64,000 nucleotides of DNA from Microcoleus sp. (GTDB lineage Bacteria; Cyanobacteriota; Cyanobacteriia; Cyanobacteriales; Microcoleaceae), in contig CP181291.1 of the NCBI GenBank assembly GCA_052279835.1, positions 160,001 through 224,000 on the forward strand. The letters run 5' to 3'. A program made the position numbers and the translations under genes. Numbering within the stretch: position 1 is the stretch's first letter; the number at the start of each line of letters is the position of its first letter. The notes under the pieces are model-generated. The model was not told the DNA's origin. It made no database searches and saw nothing but the letters and a program-made list of their open reading frames with translations. Shown here piece by piece: positions 59,856-64,000 of the stretch.

Positions 59856-61449
59856 TTAACTCAGCACCGGCGGCAATCCCACCTCTTGCGGCCGCACAAA
59901 TTTGCCACTAAAACTAATAGCTTTACCTTCAAAAGTTCTCGCTTGGGCAACTGCTTGCCGCAAATGAGCCCGATCCATATCGTCCTGAATTCCCGCTACC
60001 AAATATACCATTAACTTCGCCGCTAAATCCTTCCCAGAAACCAAGACTCGCCTTTTGTTCGGATCGTACAAAATGCCATACCACGCAGACTCAGGATTGT
60101 CCATGTGGCTGAATCCTTCATCCACATCGAATCTGCGGAGTTTGTCAAAAATTGATTTCAGTGACAGTTTTTTTCTAAAAGTGAGAATTCCTAAAGCATT
60201 AGCTAAGGCAATTTGACCAACTGGACGAAACAAAATATTGCCCTCGCCCCCCGGTTTTTCAAAACTAAATCGGCGTAATTCTGCCGTTTCTTCGCCGCTT
60301 TCAATTCTTTGATAGCTGGGCAAAGTTGCTAAATTATCGAAAAGTTTCCTAAACTCTTCAATGCCATTTTTTAGTTCCTCTTCTTCGGGGACGCATGGGA
60401 ATCAAACCTTTTTTCTCCGGCTTCCAATGGGGGAATTTGTATTCTAAATACCGTTCCGACATATCTTGCAGGGCTTGCAATGTAGTGAGTACAGTTGATT
60501 TGGCTGCGACGGTGGCGCTGTCCCAATTGACGCGGGGGTTTCTACTATCTTGCTCTTTTAATAACGGATGGGTGACGGCAATTTTGCGGGCGCAGATTGC
60601 AAATCCATTGTCCTCATTTAATAAGGCTAATTGGCCCTGACTCAGCGTCACCGCCATTAAGTTAACGTGGACAAAGATCGATCGCACTCGCCGTTGTGCT
60701 TGCTGTCGCGTTTCCCCAGCCACCACGGCGGGAATAAACTCAATGCCGATTTTTTCCTGGGCTAAATCGCAGACTTTTTCGGGGTCTATTTGATATTCTT
60801 CGGCTAAATCTTCGAGGGTAATTGCAGCGCCGACTGGTTTTTTGTTTTTGTTATATCTTTGCAGGATTCCGGTTTTAATTAAGTTCATCAAACCTTGAAC
60901 TCCCATCAACCGATGCTGGCCGTCTAAGGCAAAAATTGAAATTTTTTGAGAAACATTCAACAGCCCTAAATTTTGGTTTTTATCAAAGGATACGAATTCC
61001 GCAGCCGATTTAGTTGCGACTTTATTTTTATCCCATTCATCGGCTAGAGGATTGTCTACCCACGGGGGACTGATTACTACTAAAACTGCGGGAAATTTGT
61101 GGGATTTGCGGGCGGCTAGATATTGAGTGAGGGCGGCTTGGCGGGACCAATCTAGGGGGCGTTGGATGATTTCGTCGATGGTTTCGTCGTCGCGGAGGAT
61201 GTTGTTAGTTTGGAGGTCGAATTTGTGGCGAAAAAGTGGCATTTGGGAGGCGAAACGCACGCGGGAATCTAACCATTCTAGGGTGACTGAACCGATGTAG
61301 GCTTCGCTGTTTCCCATCTGGGTTTTTTGGACGAAAATGCGATCGTCTTTTCCTAGGTAATTATCTAATAACAGTGCGATTTCTTGGCGATCGCTATTTT
61401 CTTTTTCTAATATCTTATTAGCGAGCTCATCCGTTGGTTTAGTGTTCAT
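59856..61449 (-). pseudogene. DGQHR (DndB-like) domain protein split by a 1-nt frameshift
   Basis: QRPLDWSRQ, ALDGQHR. Removing one G from GGGG at 60387-60390 reads PMRPEEEELKNGIEEFRKLFDNLATLPSY into the 59856-60323 ORF. Confidence 0.85.
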
Positions 61450-61483
61450 CGGTGGTTTTTATATAAATATGGTATTTTTTCAA

Positions 61484-61597
61484 AAAATATCACGTTTAAA
61501 TTTTTGTGTCAATGGTTGTTTTTAAAAAAATATTGTGAAATACTTAATTTATCTGGAGCGAGGGTCAGCATATATCACAAATATAAACTCAAGTCAA
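61484..61597 (-). promoter_or_regulatory. Two tandem sigma70-like promoters upstream of the DGQHR gene
   Basis: Minus strand TTGACA-N17-TATTTT (61512-61484) and TTGACT-N17-TATATG (61597-61569). Both contain GTGATAT. Confidence 0.55.
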
Positions 61598-61643
61598 TAA
61601 GTATTAATTCTTAATTTGTCTGCCCGATACCCAATTCTAAATT

Positions 61644-62783
61644 ATGTCTACTCTTTCTTTTGAATACATTTTGCCGGTCATCCGGGGAATTCAAGGGGGC
61701 CGCGAATATTATGTTTCGATGTGCCCGGTGCGTTTTTTGCCCAAATTATTCCCCTTTGAATCTGAAGATTTGCCACCGGAAATGCGGGCTAGTCGTACCC
61801 TGAATCAAAGTCGGATTCCCGAAATAGCTGATTATTTGGTGAGGAATTCGACAAGTTATACTTGCGGGGCGATCGCCGCTTCGATTGATGCGGATATTAC
61901 GTTTGAAGCGGTGGGAAATGAGGGACAAGAACGGAAAATAGGCTGCTTGCGAGTGCCGATGGATGCTAAGTTTACGATTAATGATGGACAGCATCGTAGG
62001 GCGGCTTTTGAAATGGCTTTGCAGCAAAATCCGCAGTTGGGATATGAGACGGTGGCGCTGATTTTGTTTCTGGATATTGGATTGGAGAAGTCACAGGAAA
62101 GGTTTGCTGATTTGAATAGTTTTCAGGTGCCTTTGGAAGCGTCGCTGAGTTTGCTTTACAATCATCGGGACGATCGCGCGCGGTTGGTGAAGGCGGTGGT
62201 AAAGCAGGTTGAAGTTTTCCGCTGTTTGACGGAGATGGAGAGGGGGATTTTGAATGGGCGATCGCCCAAATTGTTTACCCTGAGTGCGATCGATCGTGCT
62301 ATCATGGCTTTGCTGTCTAATATTGAGGCCAGCCAACAGGCAAAACCCTCTCGTTACCGCGCCACAAAACAGGAAAAAGAGGCAGAGTTTGTTCAAAAAA
62401 TACAACTAGCGGTTAGTTATTGGAATGCGGTTAGCAGTTTTATTCCCGATTGGCAGTTGGTTTTGCACAAGCAAGTTGCAGCGGGGGAAATACGGCGGGA
62501 TTTTGTGCATTGTCGTAGTGTGGTGCTGGAGAGTTTAGGGGAAGTTGGCGCGAGTTTGCGATCGCTTTTTCCTGAGAGTTGGGAGGAACGTTTGGCCCTT
62601 TTGCGCGATGTTGATTGGTCGATTTCTAATCCTGATTGGGAAGGTGGGATTTTGTTGAGAGGGGGGATTTCTAAGTCGAGGGCTAGTGTGGGTTGGATGA
62701 CTGATTATTTGAAAAATCGGTTGGGTTTGGGAACCGCTGAGGGAGCACGGGCGGGACGCTCGTGCCACAATCAAGGTGGATAA
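61644..62783 (+). CDS. dndB: DNA sulfur modification protein DndB
   Basis: PVIRGIQGGREYYVSMCP, INDGQHRRAA, FADLN, KLFTLSAI, DWS. Confidence 0.9.
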   Translation: MSTLSFEYILPVIRGIQGGREYYVSMCPVRFLPKLFPFESEDLPPEMRASRTLNQSRIPEIADYLVRNSTSYTCGAIAASIDADITFEAVGNEGQERKIGCLRVPMDAKFTINDGQHRRAAFEMALQQNPQLGYETVALILFLDIGLEKSQERFADLNSFQVPLEASLSLLYNHRDDRARLVKAVVKQVEVFRCLTEMERGILNGRSPKLFTLSAIDRAIMALLSNIEASQQAKPSRYRATKQEKEAEFVQKIQLAVSYWNAVSSFIPDWQLVLHKQVAAGEIRRDFVHCRSVVLESLGEVGASLRSLFPESWEERLALLRDVDWSISNPDWEGGILLRGGISKSRASVGWMTDYLKNRLGLGTAEGARAGRSCHNQGG

Positions 62784-62789
62784 TGTAGG

Positions 62790-63965
62790 TTAAATCCATT
62801 CTAGATGGGCTTTTACTTTGCTGACTGCCATTTTTACAGCATTAACACTAGCTGTTATTCTATAGTTACGAACAAGATTATTTGGGCTATTGTCCGACAA
62901 AACCACATTTCCCTCCCAAAGATGGCTGTTTCTTGACCAATCAAGTTGAGCAAGTTCTGATACTCGTTCTGGATCGAAGCAATAGCTATCAGCATCATAA
63001 GTGCAGTAGAGTAACTTTCCTAATATTTCTATTCCCACACTCCTGCCCAATAAACAAGTTTCTTTAAATTTTTCAATTTGATTAACAGTCAAATCATCAG
63101 CTTCTGTCTCATAAATGTATTGAGTTAGACTGCATTCTGTAAAAAATTGATTGAGACAACTAATTATAGCTGCCGAGCATTCTGATAGAGCGTAATCTTT
63201 CAGCTCGTTATTCGGATCGTTAGCAAAAGCGCAACTAACAGCCTTTGCGAGATAGTTCATTGTATATATTCGCTTTTCTTTAGATGATGGAGAACCTTTA
63301 ACTTTCTCTGTCTTGCCCTTAAAAATTGGCACTTGTTCAATTAACAGTTTGCAAATACCAATTCTACCTTCCATTTCGCCAAAGGACAAGAGTAATGATT
63401 TATCTAGCGCTTTTGTTTGCGCCATATCTCTAAAGTCTCTTTGACACTGATTTAAGTTGCCTTCTAACACTAGCGTAATTGGGAAATCATTATCTCCAAT
63501 TAATTCCCCGTTGGCACTCTCAATCAATTCGTGAAGCGCTCGCTTGCGGTGCTGTCCGTCGGTAATATCTAACTTAACACCACGAGGAATGACTACTAAG
63601 CAAATTCCCCGACTTAGTTCGATAATTTGAATCTTCTCTGGATCGACATTTGCAGTGAGTGTGCCCAGAATCCAAGGTTGGTCTTTTCTAACGCGCTTGA
63701 GAATGTACTCCTTGACTTCCTCAGCATGGCCCTTAATCTCTGGACGGTTTTTACCAGACTCAGGCTCGTTATTGGTAGAAGGTTTTGCCTGGAGAAGAGT
63801 AGGCAAGTCATCCGCAGGCACGTTGAATTGTATCATTTTTCGCTTTCCCTGTTCAAATATTAAGCCTGGATAGCACTTCTGACGGTGGTATCTGGCGAAG
63901 TACGGCTCAAGGAATTCATCTAGTCGCTGCTTGAGTGGCGGCTGAGTCGGGCTGTCATTAGTCAT
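62790..63965 (-). CDS. DndB-like DGQHR domain protein
   Basis: FEQGKR, KNRP, LDITDGQHRKRAL, QRDFRDM, LDWSR. Confidence 0.85.
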   Translation of the reverse strand: MTNDSPTQPPLKQRLDEFLEPYFARYHRQKCYPGLIFEQGKRKMIQFNVPADDLPTLLQAKPSTNNEPESGKNRPEIKGHAEEVKEYILKRVRKDQPWILGTLTANVDPEKIQIIELSRGICLVVIPRGVKLDITDGQHRKRALHELIESANGELIGDNDFPITLVLEGNLNQCQRDFRDMAQTKALDKSLLLSFGEMEGRIGICKLLIEQVPIFKGKTEKVKGSPSSKEKRIYTMNYLAKAVSCAFANDPNNELKDYALSECSAAIISCLNQFFTECSLTQYIYETEADDLTVNQIEKFKETCLLGRSVGIEILGKLLYCTYDADSYCFDPERVSELAQLDWSRNSHLWEGNVVLSDNSPNNLVRNYRITASVNAVKMAVSKVKAHLEWI

Positions 63966-64000
63966 AGCTTGTAAATTAATTTAAAGGTTAATCTTTAATT

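Overview
64 kb of chromosome from a filamentous cyanobacterium, most likely Oscillatoriales (Microcoleus/Tychonema-like). This is inferred from dense HIP1 (GCGATCGC) sites, heptamer tandem repeats, REP-like palindromes, Rubisco activase and a CAAD-fused GluRS. Core genes (def, ggt, rca, argD, gltX, tRNA-Asp, ffs) alternate with accessory blocks: (i) an AT-rich ORFan cluster divergent from a small HTH gene (17.4-20.2 kb); (ii) a decayed IS200/IS605 element with intact tnpB beside a kinase / protease-TPR / COP23 block (30.7-37.2 kb); (iii) an HTH-NB-ARC gene divergent from an AIG1/GIMAP-like GTPase; (iv) a 3.3-kb array of toxin-antitoxin cassettes separated by HIP1-containing repeats (46.7-50.0 kb); (v) a DNA-phosphorothioation-associated locus with a PbeABCD-like operon, interleaved accessory genes and three DndB/DGQHR paralogues (52.8-64 kb). 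The best candidates for undescribed systems are the HIP1-delimited TA cassette array and a module seen twice: HTH gene + phased tandem repeats abutting its -10 box + divergent variable cargo. All family assignments come from motif recognition by eye; no database searches were run.
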